Assembly: GCA_976226885.1 (NCBI GenBank)
Contig: OZ320319.1
Location: 29,884,001-29,948,000, forward strand
DNA length: 64,000 nucleotides
Origin: Iphione sp. A-MEVVRFRX5
Lineage: Eukaryota
Direction: 5' to 3'
Shown here piece after piece: positions 14,340 through 28,700 of this stretch. The position numbers and the translations under genes were made by a program. Within the stretch, counting starts at the first letter, position 1; each line of letters opens with the position of its first letter. The notes under the pieces were generated by a model. It was given only the letters and a program-made list of their open reading frames with translations, had not been told where the DNA came from and ran no database searches.

Positions 14340-16398
14340 GATTGCAACCGACGACGTACATGTATATGTGGATGTGGAAAAGGAGAGGACTGTCTCAGCT
14401 GTAAATTTATAACTTAAAATTAAACCAGTTTTTTTTCCCTGTAATAACAGAAACATCTATGAGGAAGGAGGTGAGTCTCTATTGCTGTTGATTTCATTTG
14501 ATGGTAGGTTTAATTACATGAATTTCCCTTCGTTTTGCTTTACCCTTGTTAAAGGTTGGAAAAGGGTATCCATTACTATGATTAATATTTTTTCAAATTT
14601 TATTTAACCTGGCAATCGGACTGGTGCCAGCGTATTCTTCTACAAAATCATCCTCGTATGTTTTCTATGTACACATGAAATTTTTTTAAGTACTAGTAAT
14701 ATATGTACACATATTTACATTTGTACAGACAAAGAATAATATCAACTACATGAAATCAATTGTTTGACATAAGTGCAGTTGTAACTCTTGGTTACAAGAA
14801 CTAGACAATTGACAAATGACCTAAGCAAAAAGGTAATTCGTTTTAAATTGGAGAAAATAATATGATAGTCTTATATTAGAAAGCACCGCGATTGAAGAAA
14901 CCTCTTGTTTGACAAGATATAAATGGTCTTACTTTTGGAGATGATAGTTATGAGGCAGGGTGTTATTTCCGTACTTTGCAGTATGATACAGTTGTTATCA
15001 TAAGACAAAATTATGCTTATTAAGTGAGTCTTGTAAAGGTTGTTTGATGTAGAATGCACATATATAAGTTATTAAAGACATGCATGGCAACACAGCTGGG
15101 CCCTTTTTGTATACATACATTAAACGTGAGGCCCTGGGTTGGGCGTTAATTTAAAGAGTGTAATGGTGTTAAGTGAAATGTATTATAAAACACCAGTACC
15201 GCCTGCAATCGTCAGTCTACTCCTAACGTGTGCCACTGTATGCGTATCGCAGAAATAATGACCAATTGAACAGGGCCTTGAGTAGTCCCACATTGAACAT
15301 TGTTGCAATTAACAGTGTGATTTCGGTTGCACTCCCATACACTCTCATGGGCCCAAACGGTAGGCACGGCAGCTCAAGTCGGTGATGAGACACGAATCGT
15401 GCCAGAAAGCAGCGTAAAAATAAGCATTGGTTTAGTCTAACCACCTGCTGCTACACACAGCCCACATGAGTCCGGCTTTGTTTCGACCAGCTGACTTCCT
15501 ACAGTCTCCAAAGTCACTGCTTACCGTAAACATCCCGCAGAATGCCAACGTGCTTTCAGTCGACCACATACCGGAGGTGCGCGATTATCAGGGTACCGGC
15601 ACGTGTGGTGATGTTGTTATGGTCGTAAGGGAATAAAATCTCAGTTCTAAAAGCAGAGGATGTTTTGTCTGTTAAATCCACTGGTCTTCGTGTGACCACA
15701 CCAGATATTGCAAATTCTTCAAAATTATTAATTTTACTTCAGGTTCTTTCAATTGGATGAAACACTTAGGGTCTGCTCACATTGAAACAAAATATTCACC
15801 GTCAGGGCTGGACTGGTCGAGCCCGTGAATTCACTTTATGTCTAGTCATCACGTTTTGCTTGTTTGGCAGTTATTCTACTCTTCTCGGTTGGTGTCAAGT
15901 GTCCTATGTTACACAATACTGATCTCTTCTTACGCATTTCTACCATTTTCAAAGGTTTAGCGACCCACACTTATGCAGTGTGCACTAAAGCCCGAGTCAC
16001 TTCCTCCGGTAGCCTAAATAGATTTTACGGGCAAGTGTTTGTAGGGCGGACATTTTTGCGGTGGCCTAGTGGCGGTCGACTTCCCTCCACCCACGTGTAC
16101 CAGTAGTAGTAGCAGCACCCAATCCTCCTACGAAGATCCTCGCTCAGTCCCCGACCCACCGACCCACCTGACACCTGAAGCCCTCCTGGTGGTGGCCTGG
16201 GCAGGTGGAGGAGGGGGAACAACAGCTGGTAGGCGGGTGCAAGTGTAGAGTGGGAAGTACTCGGCTGTGTCACTGAAGACCTTGATTTAATACAATGTGT
16301 ACACCGGTGATAATGTTATGACATACATGTAATAGAAAGCCAGCTGTGCATTTCAGAACATGCCGAAACTCCCAAACTGTCCAGACCCTTAGATCTAA

Positions 16399-16588
16399 GG
16401 GGCCTTTTCCATGCGCACGGGTTGTCCAGACCTGGATGAGGATGCGGATTGACCGCATGGTGAACCGGTCTGTCCGAGCCTATGTGCAGGTCTATTCAAT
16501 CCGCGTGCATAGGAACACCTCAACAGAATACATGTATAATGAAGTCATATCCCGGCATGCAGATAACCCGCTTGCATAGAAAGGCCCC
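16399..16588. mobile_element. PIF/Harbinger (Tourist-like) MITE, 190 bp
   Basis: Imperfect ~27-bp TIRs (GGGGCCTTTTCCATGCGCACGGGTTGTC vs GATAACCCGCTTGCATAGAAAGGCCCC) flanked by a TAA target duplication at 16396-98 and 16589-91. Confidence 0.75.
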
Positions 16589-19500
16589 TAATGGACCAAA
16601 GCAAATTAACATTGTGTCCTGACACAGTTTTGAAACCCTTTTTTCTTTTTTACAGTCGAAATACTTCGGTCTGCTCTACTCAATTTGGTCAGTTTCGGAG
16701 AACAGTACACCCCTATGCTAACCCACGCCAGAATAAAAACTCAACATTTTTTTTCTCCGCGGGAAATCGACCATATGATATAAGCTTATCATGTGACAGT
16801 GATGATATAGTTCAAGCCTGTCCAATCTTCTCAACTGTCAAGGAAACGAAATTCCTGCGTCCGAAGAGGATCTTATTTCATAGATAGCTTATTTGTGAAA
16901 TAGGGCTTTCCGTCATAACCGAGAAAAAAACCGAGGAGATCCACAAGTGCAATAACATCTGTTATATACATCTATATTAATAAATACAGCTATATATGTA
17001 TACAGCTATACATATATACAGAGTGACTACAGATTTGCGAGTCTATTTATTATAACCTTTTTGAAAACTCTCAATAAGAGGGGAACAGTGTCCAAGAAAA
17101 ATACATTTCTCTGCCGAATGTCACTCCTAATATTGGTATCTACCCGTCTCTGCTGCATATAATCAGACTACAAGGAAATAACAGAGCGAGAGCCGGTTGC
17201 TTTATGATCAGACTCCAGTTGCAATATTATTTATTGCCTGCTTCCCAAAATAGATTGTGTGCTGTTAACGGCCGGAACCGCAAGAAAAGGCCGGGCTATA
17301 GGCAGCTTCGCATTATTCATCCAGTTGTTGGGAGCAAAAAGTGAGAGCATGATAGTGACATCGGAAACAGTCACACCCTCAGCATATAAAGGCATTCTGT
17401 GATCATTACAAGAATTCAACTCTTTCAAATTCGCCTGAGAGGGCCTATAGCTATTTCACGATTTACAAAGAATATATACATTTGTACATGTACATATATA
17501 CAAATATCACGAACGTTTGAATTGATTCACTTTTTTTTTTTTAAAGAAAAATGTGTTTTTTTTTCTGCACTGCTATTCAGACCCTTACGCCTTTGCACAC
17601 TAAAAAGTGTTCATGCGTACAATGCTCTTCTTGTTGTTTGGCCTACACATTTTCTGTGCTGTTAGCGACCCTCATTGCTTCAGAGGTATGGCTGACCCGG
17701 CGAGGTCAAAAATGTTAAGGCCTCTGCATGTCTGTGGTGGCCGTGAAAAAAAAATGTAGACTGAACACAGAAAGAGCGAGTTGCAGAGTTGAAAGATTAG
17801 CTTCAGGGCAACGGGCCGCTGAGAACGACAGACTGGTTGCAAATGTTCGGTTTGGGTCGGTATTATCAGGGCGAAACCCTTCAGTAGCCAAGAAGACTTT
17901 TCCCATAATGTATTAGATTAGTACATATGGATAATCAACTCTTGGGAAATATCGGTTCACATGAATCCTTTGATGCAGAGGAGTTCCCACCATTCCACAT
18001 GACATTACAAATTTATGTCTCCGCATACACGTAAGGCATCCCTGAAAAGTATGCCTCTCAGTGAAGAAATATCCGTCTGATATTAGGAGAAGGGCAACAA
18101 CCAACATTTCTAATGCTGTTTGTAATCAGGTGTCTTTACATGTATATAAATGCTAGCATTGGAAAGAAAAGAAAACCCTGCTACATGTCGGATATAACAG
18201 TATACTTCTACATGTATACATTTATTTGGGCAGGAAACATGATAACAGTCATCGTCCATATCCGCATTGTCTGCGTCCATGGGACGGATTACAAGTGGTG
18301 CATATATATTACAGTGTACACGTAACATTTATACTACGTAGATGTGATGACTTGATGAACACAGCATATACAGCAATGCTCCTGAATTGCTTGATAGACA
18401 GACACGATTTATGCGTACTGAACACGCATGACGCGAACATGGACATCTCTTATTATATGAGCTTTCAGACCCATATCAGAAGGGATTTTTGTGACAACAT
18501 TTCTCCTGTCGCTCTTGGTTTAAACAAATTGAATAATCGAAGAGAATAGTCTGTTAACTTTGATGTAAATATTTTGGCTTTTCCAGTAAAACCTCACGTA
18601 TATTTGATCATTAGGACTCAGCGATCACGAATCTTGGTGGGGGCTAAAAAAATGTCGCATCCAGGTACGAAAGAATAAACTGACATGGATACATTAATAT
18701 TTGCTTGAAGAAACCCATGTCTCACGTTCTCACCTGTGGCCGTTTGTTCTTCGTATGCTCCGACAAGAAGATCAGTGTAGAATAAGTTAAAGGTCAAAGC
18801 CCTGGGTCAAGCACAGTGTCAGAGGTCAGTTTCAAAAACCAGGTCAAGGAGCGTTGTTGTCACCTGGTGGAAATAATCGCTGGTTATTTTCCTCTTGGAG
18901 TCCACAGTGGCGAACCTTGAACACCTAGTGCTGTCCGGCCGCCCTGCAATACAGACATCATTGGAGACCCTTATTCAAATATAGAATACTTCCAATTTAG
19001 GGCTGGCTTTGCATAATGAGTGTCATCCCACTTGGAGGAACAGACGTGACTGCATGTCATATTCGTGCTGCACTGTCCTGTTATAGAGGTACAACTTTGG
19101 TTAAACTAATATCAAAACACTATCCGGTGATTCATTGAACACGTCGTTTTTATCCCGTCTGAATTCTTCCTCATTGCTTTTTAAATTTTGGTTTCAGTTT
19201 CTTGCCGCGACGTGATCACACCGCTTGGCTGCCTACCCTGTCCGTAGAACAATGGCACATAGTCTGCCCACCTCAACGAACGGGCCACTTCTTCACGGTG
19301 AGTTCACGGCAGTGTTTGACCAGGACCTGTACTAGTAAACCATGTCAACTTTTTTCTCTTCAATTACGTGTTTTTGGTTAGAGCGAACACCAGCTTAAAA
19401 ATTGCTGCAGTATCCTCAATTATGAACAATCGCTGGGAAGCTTAAGAAAAAAATTAGTGCATGTTTTGATACGACGAAACTCCATAAAAAACTGGTATGA

Positions 19501-20140
19501 CGATTTTTTCTAACAAGAAAAAACCAGGGAAAAGTCAATATAATCCATACATGTTAATCAATGACGTTTGGGAATAAAATGAAGGTTGTGGGCACAGACA
19601 AATAATTATAAGGACCTTGAGATTAAGAACTGGAAGGCTATGGGGTGACAGAAAATATTATTAGGAGGTCAAACCTGGTCGAAACTGCTGAGGAATAAAT
19701 CATCTTGATTATGACTGTCATATTTACAATCATGTGACTCACCGCTTATTTGCGTTAATCGTAACATGAGAGGCAGCGGGATAGGTTCCAGAGCCAGCCA
19801 GTGAACTGGGGCTTGTCTGCCATCTGGTGTCAAAGTCGAGAACTTTTCTCGAAGCAGCCATGACCCATGAAACCAACGCAGGCGGCTTTGTCCTCAAGAC
19901 AATGTTTTTACTTTTATACTTGAAGACAGTTAGTGGAAGATTGTGTTATGTGTAGAAGACACATAGATGTTCTATAACGCATGGTATATAATATTATCAT
20001 ATAGTATAGGATGTGATGCAGACCTACATGTACCTACATGTATGAGGAAATGCAACTTTAGATTGCGAATTTAAGGTCTGTGCCACAAGTATCATTTAAG
20101 TAAGTGCCTGTGATATTTTGGTCCTCCCAGGTTAGATAAA

Positions 20141-20154
20141 GTAACCATGGCAAC
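20141..20154. promoter_or_regulatory. RFX X-box motif
   Basis: GTAACCATGGCAAC is a near-palindromic match to both GTNRCC(N0-3)RGYAAC and GTHNYYATRRNAAC, about 1.56 kb upstream of the first identified tau exon. Confidence 0.5.
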
Positions 20155-21716
20155 CACGTGTAAGGCTTTCTGCCGGTATCCGTCACTACGTCAGCCTGCT
20201 AATATTGATCGTAAGGCTAGTAGTGCAGATGGGTTGACTATACCGAGTGGCCACGAGCGAGGGCAGTCTGTAAAATGGTGCCAGGGCCTTTATACGGCCA
20301 GCAAAGGATTGGGACCGTTATTAGGATTGCACATCCCTGTGGCGCAAAGTGCCAATTTTGCCCTACTCACTTATAATTGGCAAATAGGGACCCAACGGTG
20401 ATATAATCATAAACACATATGTAAAGCAAATAGCAAATGACATTGACCCCACGTAGACATTTGCTGTCGGTCAGACTATCGTAATAGAGAATTGAATAGA
20501 ATATTCCAGTCGAAAATCGTGATTTTCAAATAACTCCCCAAACCTAGGCTTAATATACATGCACGTGCTAGTGTTACGTAAGCCTTCAGTGCGTGATGTC
20601 GTCCGTTATTTACTCAAGCCGGGTTGTTTGCCAACTCTAAGCAGGGAACCTGTCAATTCCTGCTATAAGTAGTAGTAGGAAACAATACATTTTAACTGGC
20701 AAGACATTATTGGTGAGCAATATGATCAAGCTATCTCTCACTCACGTGCCAACTGACAAGACAGGGCGAAGAACTTGCTTCGATGGCTGGTAATCATATT
20801 TGCAAGAACATTATAACTTGTAGTGAAGGCCAGTGAACACAGAGCGGGCCTTAGTTGGTCTAGCAAGCTGACACAAACACCACGACTTGTGATTTCTCTT
20901 ATTCGTCTATGTTCTCTATATTATGTCGAAGGGGCTGAAGTATCTTCCCTGCCGTTGGGTGCTCAATCACTCTCCCCCTTTTTTTAACAGCGAAATAACT
21001 TTCATATCTATGTGGTGAGTTGGAGGATAGGCGGCTCAGTAGTAATTCACTTTTTCTTTAGTAAGTTTGAAGATGGATGACCAGGAGCTTTGAGTATGGT
21101 TTACATGTAATGAAAGTCGCAGCAGATCCCAGTCTTTAAACATGTGGCTAATACATGTTCCTCATTGATGGGACCAGGAAATGGCCGGTGAAAACTGCTG
21201 TAATAAGTAATTAAAGAGAACTCGATCCTCCCATGTTGAGCTATTTCCTATGATACGCCTTATTTTAAGTGGATACATTGGCGTTTGGCTCCACGTCTGC
21301 ACTAGTCATCAATATACATGTAACTGCAATGTATATAGGATGGGTAGAAGAAGGAGAAAAGTACGATATAAGTTTTACGAACGGTACGACAGCTGATCTG
21401 GGCAGGATATCTCTGGTTTTGTTATATATCCTTCATGAGGTCGACGACTTAAAATATAAGTGGGGACCGAAGCTGAAAATATGCTAGCTGTAATAGATGC
21501 ATGCCTTTATTAATTTTTCTATATAACAATAAAATGAACATAAAATACATTTCCATTTCAAAAGTAGCAGTAGTATTGCTATCCTCAGCCAGTTTAACCA
21601 TTTCAGCATAATCTTCATCTGTTTACTCTGCCGCAACCGGCTTATCATTCATCATAAAGATGTAATTCCGTAACGATGCTTGGCTTCCAAAGACTAACCG
21701 AGAACCATGTTTGTAG

Positions 21717-22709
21717 GCACCAAGGTGGCGGACAGTGACTTGACAAATGGCAGTACAGATCTCATGACGAATGGTTCTCAAATAGGCGTGGCTTACTCGG
21801 GGGCTGCCGTGAATGGGAACATAGACGGTACGGTATCAGTAGGGGCTGTTCGCGGCACGGAGGGCTGTGGCACCTCGCCGCCAGGTGCTGCTGACGTCAG
21901 CAGCGAGTTTGACCCTTTGACCCCTGACCTAGTTTCACAATCGTCGAGCGTACCCTCCGAGGCGCCGCACACGCCGTCTTCAGCTGGGGCGCTCGTCGAC
22001 CTGGAGCAGATGGGCGATAATATACACGAAGCGTCGACAGCGTCGTTGACCCCCGCCTCACCGCCACACGACGGCTCCAGTAGCCTCGATGGGTATGAAG
22101 CCATGCCTGAATCGGCCGGTCTGGTCGAAACGTCGGCGGTTGCCGCAGCTGGCGGCTGGCCGGCCCCTACCAAGGAGGCAGTGACACTTTTCGGCGCCAC
22201 CGGTAACACCTTGGAGGAACTGGGCGTCTACGAAGCCCCACCTCCTCCTGCGTCCACCTGCGATGACTTGGTCTCCTTAGATGTGGGCAAAGACAGCGGA
22301 AAGCAGCCGCCTCAGAGCACCGACGATGCCGCTGCCGCCACGCATGCGCAGTCCAACGGCGCCATGGCGGCCCCTGGTGGCACACCTGAGTCGCCATCGA
22401 AGAAGTCGCGGGAGTCGAAACTGCCGAAAATCACGCCCCCGGCGTCACCCAAGAAGAAGACGGCGGCCGCTCCACCAGCAGAGGCGCCACTCTTCGAGAA
22501 GGTGCCGCTGCCGCCGGAACCGGAACCGAGCGGCGGGGCACGACCTAAGACTGCGCCCTCCTCCGCGACGAGCGCCTCACCCAAAACACCCAAGTCCACG
22601 AAACCAAAGGCGGCCGACAACGGGCGGCCTCAGTCGGCGCCCTCGGCAGGAAGCAAGATCCCTTCACCAAAGAAGGAGAGAACACCCGTGTCGACGCCAA
22701 AGAAACAAG
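21717..22709 (+). CDS. MAPT: host tau exon: acidic then Pro/Ala/Ser/Lys-rich projection and proline-rich region (phase 1-1, 993 nt)
   Basis: GC-rich 342-codon ORF. CTAAC branch site at 21694-98, acceptor TTTGTAG| at 21716, donor CAAG|GTGAGG at 22710. Many SP/TP motifs. The first in-frame ATG inside the exon is at 21764. Confidence 0.85.
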
Positions 22710-25700
22710 GTGAGGTCTCCTCTGCGAGTCTTTGAGAGCAGGACTTTCTTTAAATCCCCTCCCCATTTGATGATGGTGCTTAATGGTTAATTTACACCTG
22801 TTTCAATTCTACATTCTCATTAAATGCTTCCCGCTTGCTGTAATGCCCGTTACTCATGCAACAGATAATTCTTAATGGTTTCCCTAAGATCTCTCCTTTC
22901 GTTCCTTTAAAACTGGTATTTACCATGAAGGCCTTATCAGTGCCGCTTTTTATCACTCATGCGAAGTTATCACTCTTACTTTATCTCGTTCTTGCAAGCA
23001 TGTTTTGTAGAAAAAAAGCACCAGTGTTCACATTTTCATTACGATCTTGTTTTATTATCCAAATGTCCTTTTTCAGCAGTTGCATTCATTTTGGTTGTGT
23101 TTTTCCAGTGACTTTTAGAAAGACACCCGAGCTCGTGCTATCAATCACTGCTTTAAGTGTATAAATATATTTCTGCCTCTTCCTACCTTTCATTTGAACA
23201 TTTTAGCAACAAGAGGGCGCAGAAAAAGTAAGTTAATTGCTATGCAGTTGTGTGCATGCCAAGGGACCGTTTTCATCGAGTTACTGTTTGTGAATGACGT
23301 TTTGCCTGAAACACATACATACATCTGTAGAGGTTTTCTGATATACATATACAGACTGTGTACACATTTTTGTATTGTAAGCAGTACATGTAAATGTATA
23401 TCATGTGTTAAAAGCTACTTGTTATCCACCTGTGGAACTAATAGCTAGAATTATGATAGAACCTCACTAGGACAGAATTCTAGGAAAATTCAAAGTTTGG
23501 GGAAATACCCATTTCTATAATGCAATGAGGCGTAGTCATTTTGAAATATAAATATAAATATAAACCTCTTAGGCACATTGCTGAAGGTTCTGAAACATAC
23601 GGATCCTCACCTCCCTTCGTTCCCTAACCTGTCGTTAGGTCTTCTACGTAGACCCACTAAAACAGAGTATGGTGACCTTTCTTCTTCGTAAGTTTCAGCA
23701 CTGTTGGTCTTGTGGACGCATGCATTATGAGGAGTTGTGCAATAAATGGAACCCATAGTAATACTTGAACTTATATATCTTCTACCAATGCAACGCACAT
23801 TTATTGATGTACATCTATGGTAACTCTACAGCCTACATTAGTCCCCATGCCACCTGTAACTACGGCGGTTCTGGGGTTTATCGGAACTCCCCAGAGCAGC
23901 ATCAAAACTCCATGTGAAGTAAATTGACCGGTATTTTTCCCTTTGTTATCATAGCTAGTGTTGACATATAGCTTTTAACTACGTTTTCAATCAAAAGACT
24001 TTAATTAGTATGGAAACAATTAACGAAACAGTTCTGCTCAGAACACAACCACCAACCCAAGCACAACACACAGGTGTATACGCTTAAATTGTGTTGTACC
24101 CAAGAAACTATAATTCTAAGTACAACCCGTAACCCTCAGATGCCAATGTGAGTTCATTTTCTTTCACCAGATGGCGCCGATGATGTTGAAGAGGTAAAGA
24201 GTCCGCGAAGCAAGGTAAGGTATCTCATTGTGCAATTACTTGTACCATAAGCTCCACTAAACAGGTTGATTATTTGATTTTGTTGGATATTTTGTTTCTC
24301 TTCAGAAGCATCATTGTAAACTAGATTCCTCATTATGTACGGGAACTATGTTTGCTTGGATATTCATATTGCTATTTATATCCCAAGTAATGGGTTTTGA
24401 TGGAGAGGCCTGGAACCATATTTTGGGCTTTTCTTGGTATTCCCATGCTATAAATATGGTCATTCTGGTTTTTGACAGAGGAGTTTTGAAAATACAGTCG
24501 GCGTCGCTTATAATGCTCATAGGCTGAGAATGAGCCATTAAAATGTTACATGATATAAAACTACGTTCGGACCAGTACAGTGGTGCCCACTATTAATTAG
24601 TTAGATATCTGCCGTGTCGCGACGTAGATATCCTTTGATATTCCCATTTACGAATTATGTGTAGGGTTGTCGATATTCCACGAATGCAACTGCAATGTGC
24701 CAGTTAAGCCGCACTTCTCGGCTACCGTACAACGTATCAGGTGGTATTAAGATACCATCCTTTATGGCGCGATAACGTGTTGTATAAATGAGCCTGGTAG
24801 CCAAAGGCTAAGATAGTTCACCTTATGAATGCAAACGTAGTATGTTCCCTGAAAAGAATTTCCTTTTCTCAACGGTCCAACGAATTGAATAGCCCGTATT
24901 AGAGAAGATGGAAAAGACAAAGACGAAAAAGGTATGAACTTATTCCTTTTATCTACGAGAAAGGCATTCTTCCACGCTTGATTTTAGCCCCCCCCCACTT
25001 ATATTAGAATTAATTTCATAGTATGGCATGCCTACGCGCAGGTAGTGCGGAACATATAAATTTAGTTTTGTTTCCATAAGCTTGCTGTACCAGAGTGGAC
25101 TTACATAATCAGTTATTTCTGGACTAAACCTTTAACAGAGATGATTGTGAATTTAACGTGCATTTCATTGTTGATCTCCAGTTTGAAGTAAATCAAATTC
25201 AGAAAGTAGTATTTTTTTTTGTATGGGAATATTGTATCAGTCTTTCATTTTGGCAGCTAGGTGTTAAGGAAGGGCAAACAGAAGGTAACGATTCTACCTG
25301 TCTCTAGTTGAACCGTTCCTCTGTGGAACAAAAGTAATGTAAATAGCTCAAATAGGGTACGCAAATACAGTCAAGTTGGGAATGGACTAAAAGAGGGTTG
25401 GGAAAACAAAATCATCACTTAAACATTCAGACGTAAAGTCACTTAACCATACATCACAAATTGCAAAATTGAAGCAATTTTGTGGATATATAAAACGAAC
25501 AGTCGCAAATGAATTTTGCTTCAGAAGAGAATTGGCTCATTTACACTGCACCAATCAAACATTTGTTGAACTTAAAATTGTCATTACATCTCCATGTAGT
25601 CGTACTGTTGACTTCAAGGGACACGAGCAATCTACTACATGTACGTGTAAATTCACGTCACCTTGTTGCCCTACCGCCTCTCGACAAAGAGCCCCAGTTG

Positions 25701-28700
25701 CTGCTTTCAGGAGAGTTAAAGGCGAACAGTGCCCGCCTCTCAAACATTTCAGTTGAAGAAAGCTTTTTTCAGACAAAGGAAGACGGGGTTACTCCGCCAA
25801 TTCTAGTGCCATCATGTATCATAGGACTCTTGACTCCTACCAGGGTAGGGGATATAGGGTAAGACATTTAAGCTTTTTCTTCAGTAGATATATAAGGCAA
25901 ACACAGTTTAGAAACAAATCTTTTCGCTCACGAATAACTCTGGAATTAGGCGACGCGATAGGGATTCTATGCCGCGTTTTCAATTGTATCATTGTTGTGC
26001 AATCGATAAACGGTACGTTAAAACTATAGCAGTTGTGGCTTATGATATGTTAAAAGTTCAGATAAATTGGCTGTGAAACTGTACTCAAGCCGCAGTCATA
26101 CGAAGCTGTTGATGTCGTCATAATAATCTTATTACGATTTTGAGTTGAGATGGTGCATTTTGACCCAAGTGACAAGTCGTTGCTCCTCATGAACCAGAAA
26201 CAAACAAATAACTTGACAGCCAAACAATAGAGAGAGATATGATTTCTGGGCTATAATGGTAAGCCTGCTAGTGTTACATGTGTCAACAGCAGGAACAACG
26301 TCTGCTTCCAACTGGAGGCCGTCTCATAATATAGAATAATACTTGGACAAATCCATATCGTAATTACACTGGTTGACTTCTACATTATGAATGGGTGCTT
26401 AGCCTTGAGTTTAAGAGGACAACATCGCATATCGTAGTGCACATAGCGATATTTTACTTGTTACGTTATTCAATGTAAAGTAGAACATGTACGGAGCCAA
26501 CCCAGCAAAACAACTTTTTCACTTGATACTGTCTCCACGGTCAGGAAACGAGTTATTCTCATGTTTGAGCTTTTAAAAGGTATCCATCGCCTACGAAATA
26601 TCTTTTAATTGATGGGAAATTAATGCAGTCAGTGTCTATACAGGTGTTTAAGAAGCTAATTTTGAAAGTCTTCTCAGTTCCATAATGTCGTTAATTTTAA
26701 TGAATTGGAAAAAAAATCGCCGAGACATTGCATCACTAATTCTAATAATGGAAAATTACATGTATACATATACGTACTCATTTACATGGCTGAGAGCTAA
26801 ACAGACGACCTAAGGGAAGATATATGACCTCAGAGTTTAGCATTTCGTATCATGTTAAGGGTTATTGAATATCCCACACCAATCAGTGGAATTGTTCCCA
26901 CACCTGTTGGTCACGTAACCGCACCTTTGCAGATGTGGTTCTCTGTGTGTGAGGATCATGGATATTATATTCCAGTCTAACAGGTGCGAAATGAAGACGC
27001 GTATATCAACACAAACAGGATAAATAACAGTCTCCATATCCACAGCAAAAGATAATTTGAAATGTAACGGACCGCTTCACTGACCGCTAAAAAACAATTA
27101 CATTATGCATGTATGTACGTTTAGACATGTATGCATAGTTTTACTTGAACAGAAATTTATCCGCTAGTTAAAATAACTTCAACATTTTTATATTGGAAAA
27201 CTTATCTTGTCCATTGTCATTGTGTACTTTGCTTCCGAAGTATGATTAGTAGACATGCTCCTGGTTAAGAGTTATCCTACAAAAAGTTCACACGTGGAAG
27301 AGATTTAACATGAGGAATTCTGGAATATTTGCCACATTGGTGCCACCATATCTCTTTTCCGAAACCAATAATTACCATCTCCCGGGGTTCGCGGATAGGG
27401 ATTTTCTATTGTTTCCCATTGAACCACTGCCCCAAATACCCATGATCCATAATTTCCATCGCTAGTAATCGATGACACCTTTCAAAATGTGTAGACAGTG
27501 TTTTGTAGTCGTGACTAGATTCTGTTTACAATCGTCGCACGCTTAGCGACTACTCAACAGAATGGTCGAAGCTTTTTATTTACTATCTATCAAAAGTGAT
27601 CCATTTCTGTTAAGACCATACGTCACCCAGAGTGTCCTTGTGTTTGACCAGTTTTGAAACAGTTTCAAGGTTGAGGTTAGTTGTCGACTATGAAGGAGTA
27701 CTAATGTTTTTAATTCACTGTTCGCGCTTGTCAATAACGCACTTAGATAACTGACCGTGTCCTTTTTGAAGATGGAAATCGCCACTTGGGAGATAATGTC
27801 TCGTAGCTGATAGGAGTAATTTGTAGACGGCCTTGTGGCAGTATAGATTATGCCAATGATAACTCTACCACGGTGATAGCGACATTAATAATCAGATCGA
27901 GCTGCTGGAAGCACAGCTGCCTACCGCGATCCTTACTGAATTGAAATTCTCCGAAATAATTACATTGAAACACACCTGCGGTAACAACATATTTAAGAGC
28001 GACATCATTCATGTACGATATACATATATATGCATAAAGCTCCACAAAGCATTTTTGATCATATACCAAGTCATTTACATTTTAATTAAGATTTAGCATA
28101 CATCACACTCCATCATTTGTATTTCCTACACTGTATCCCACTCTATCATTTAAGCGATGTACATGTTCACATAGTCGTTGGGAAGTAAAACGTACATGTG
28201 ATAAAATTATTTTGTTTCCGAGGAATATCTGTCAGGACAGCGTGGCCTAGATTTGCTATCTACATGTAGTTCGAAAATTGCATGAGATCTCAAGTTGGCT
28301 TTTGATGTACAGTCTACTTCCTTCTACCACTAAATAGGGGCCAATATAATAAATTATCTGAGCTGCAGCAATCGAGCTTTAATAACAAACCTCCCCTTTC
28401 TTTGTAGTTGCTCTTTTCCTTTGTGGAATATTCACATCAAAGCACCCTCCCACACGTTCTGTAAGGCCCAGCTTACCTGTGCCAAGCCGGGCTCCGCTAA
28501 TTCTGGCGTGGCACACTAGAACCCAGGTGAGCGCAGCGTTTCTCCCGCCTACCACTCCGCTATCTCAGTTTCACCTCTGTGTCTTGTCTCTAGTCGAAGC
28601 CCAAACTGAAGTAGTACTTTGCAATCAGAAGAAACTGCCCCATAGGTGAAGCACTGCTTATATGGGTCTCATTTTCGGAACCCTCAATTCCTTCGTAAGT

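Noticed and set aside
16025-16273. GC-rich low-complexity ORF
   Set aside because: No recognisable family or splice structure in any frame.
21793-22790. Overlapping alternate-frame and antisense ORFs on the GC-rich exon
   Set aside because: Expected from high GC (few stops); only the 21707 frame has matching splice phases.
25600-25844. Possible phase 1-0 exon within ORF 25509-25862
   Set aside because: Weak donor (GTAGGG), no codon bias and no MAP-like composition.
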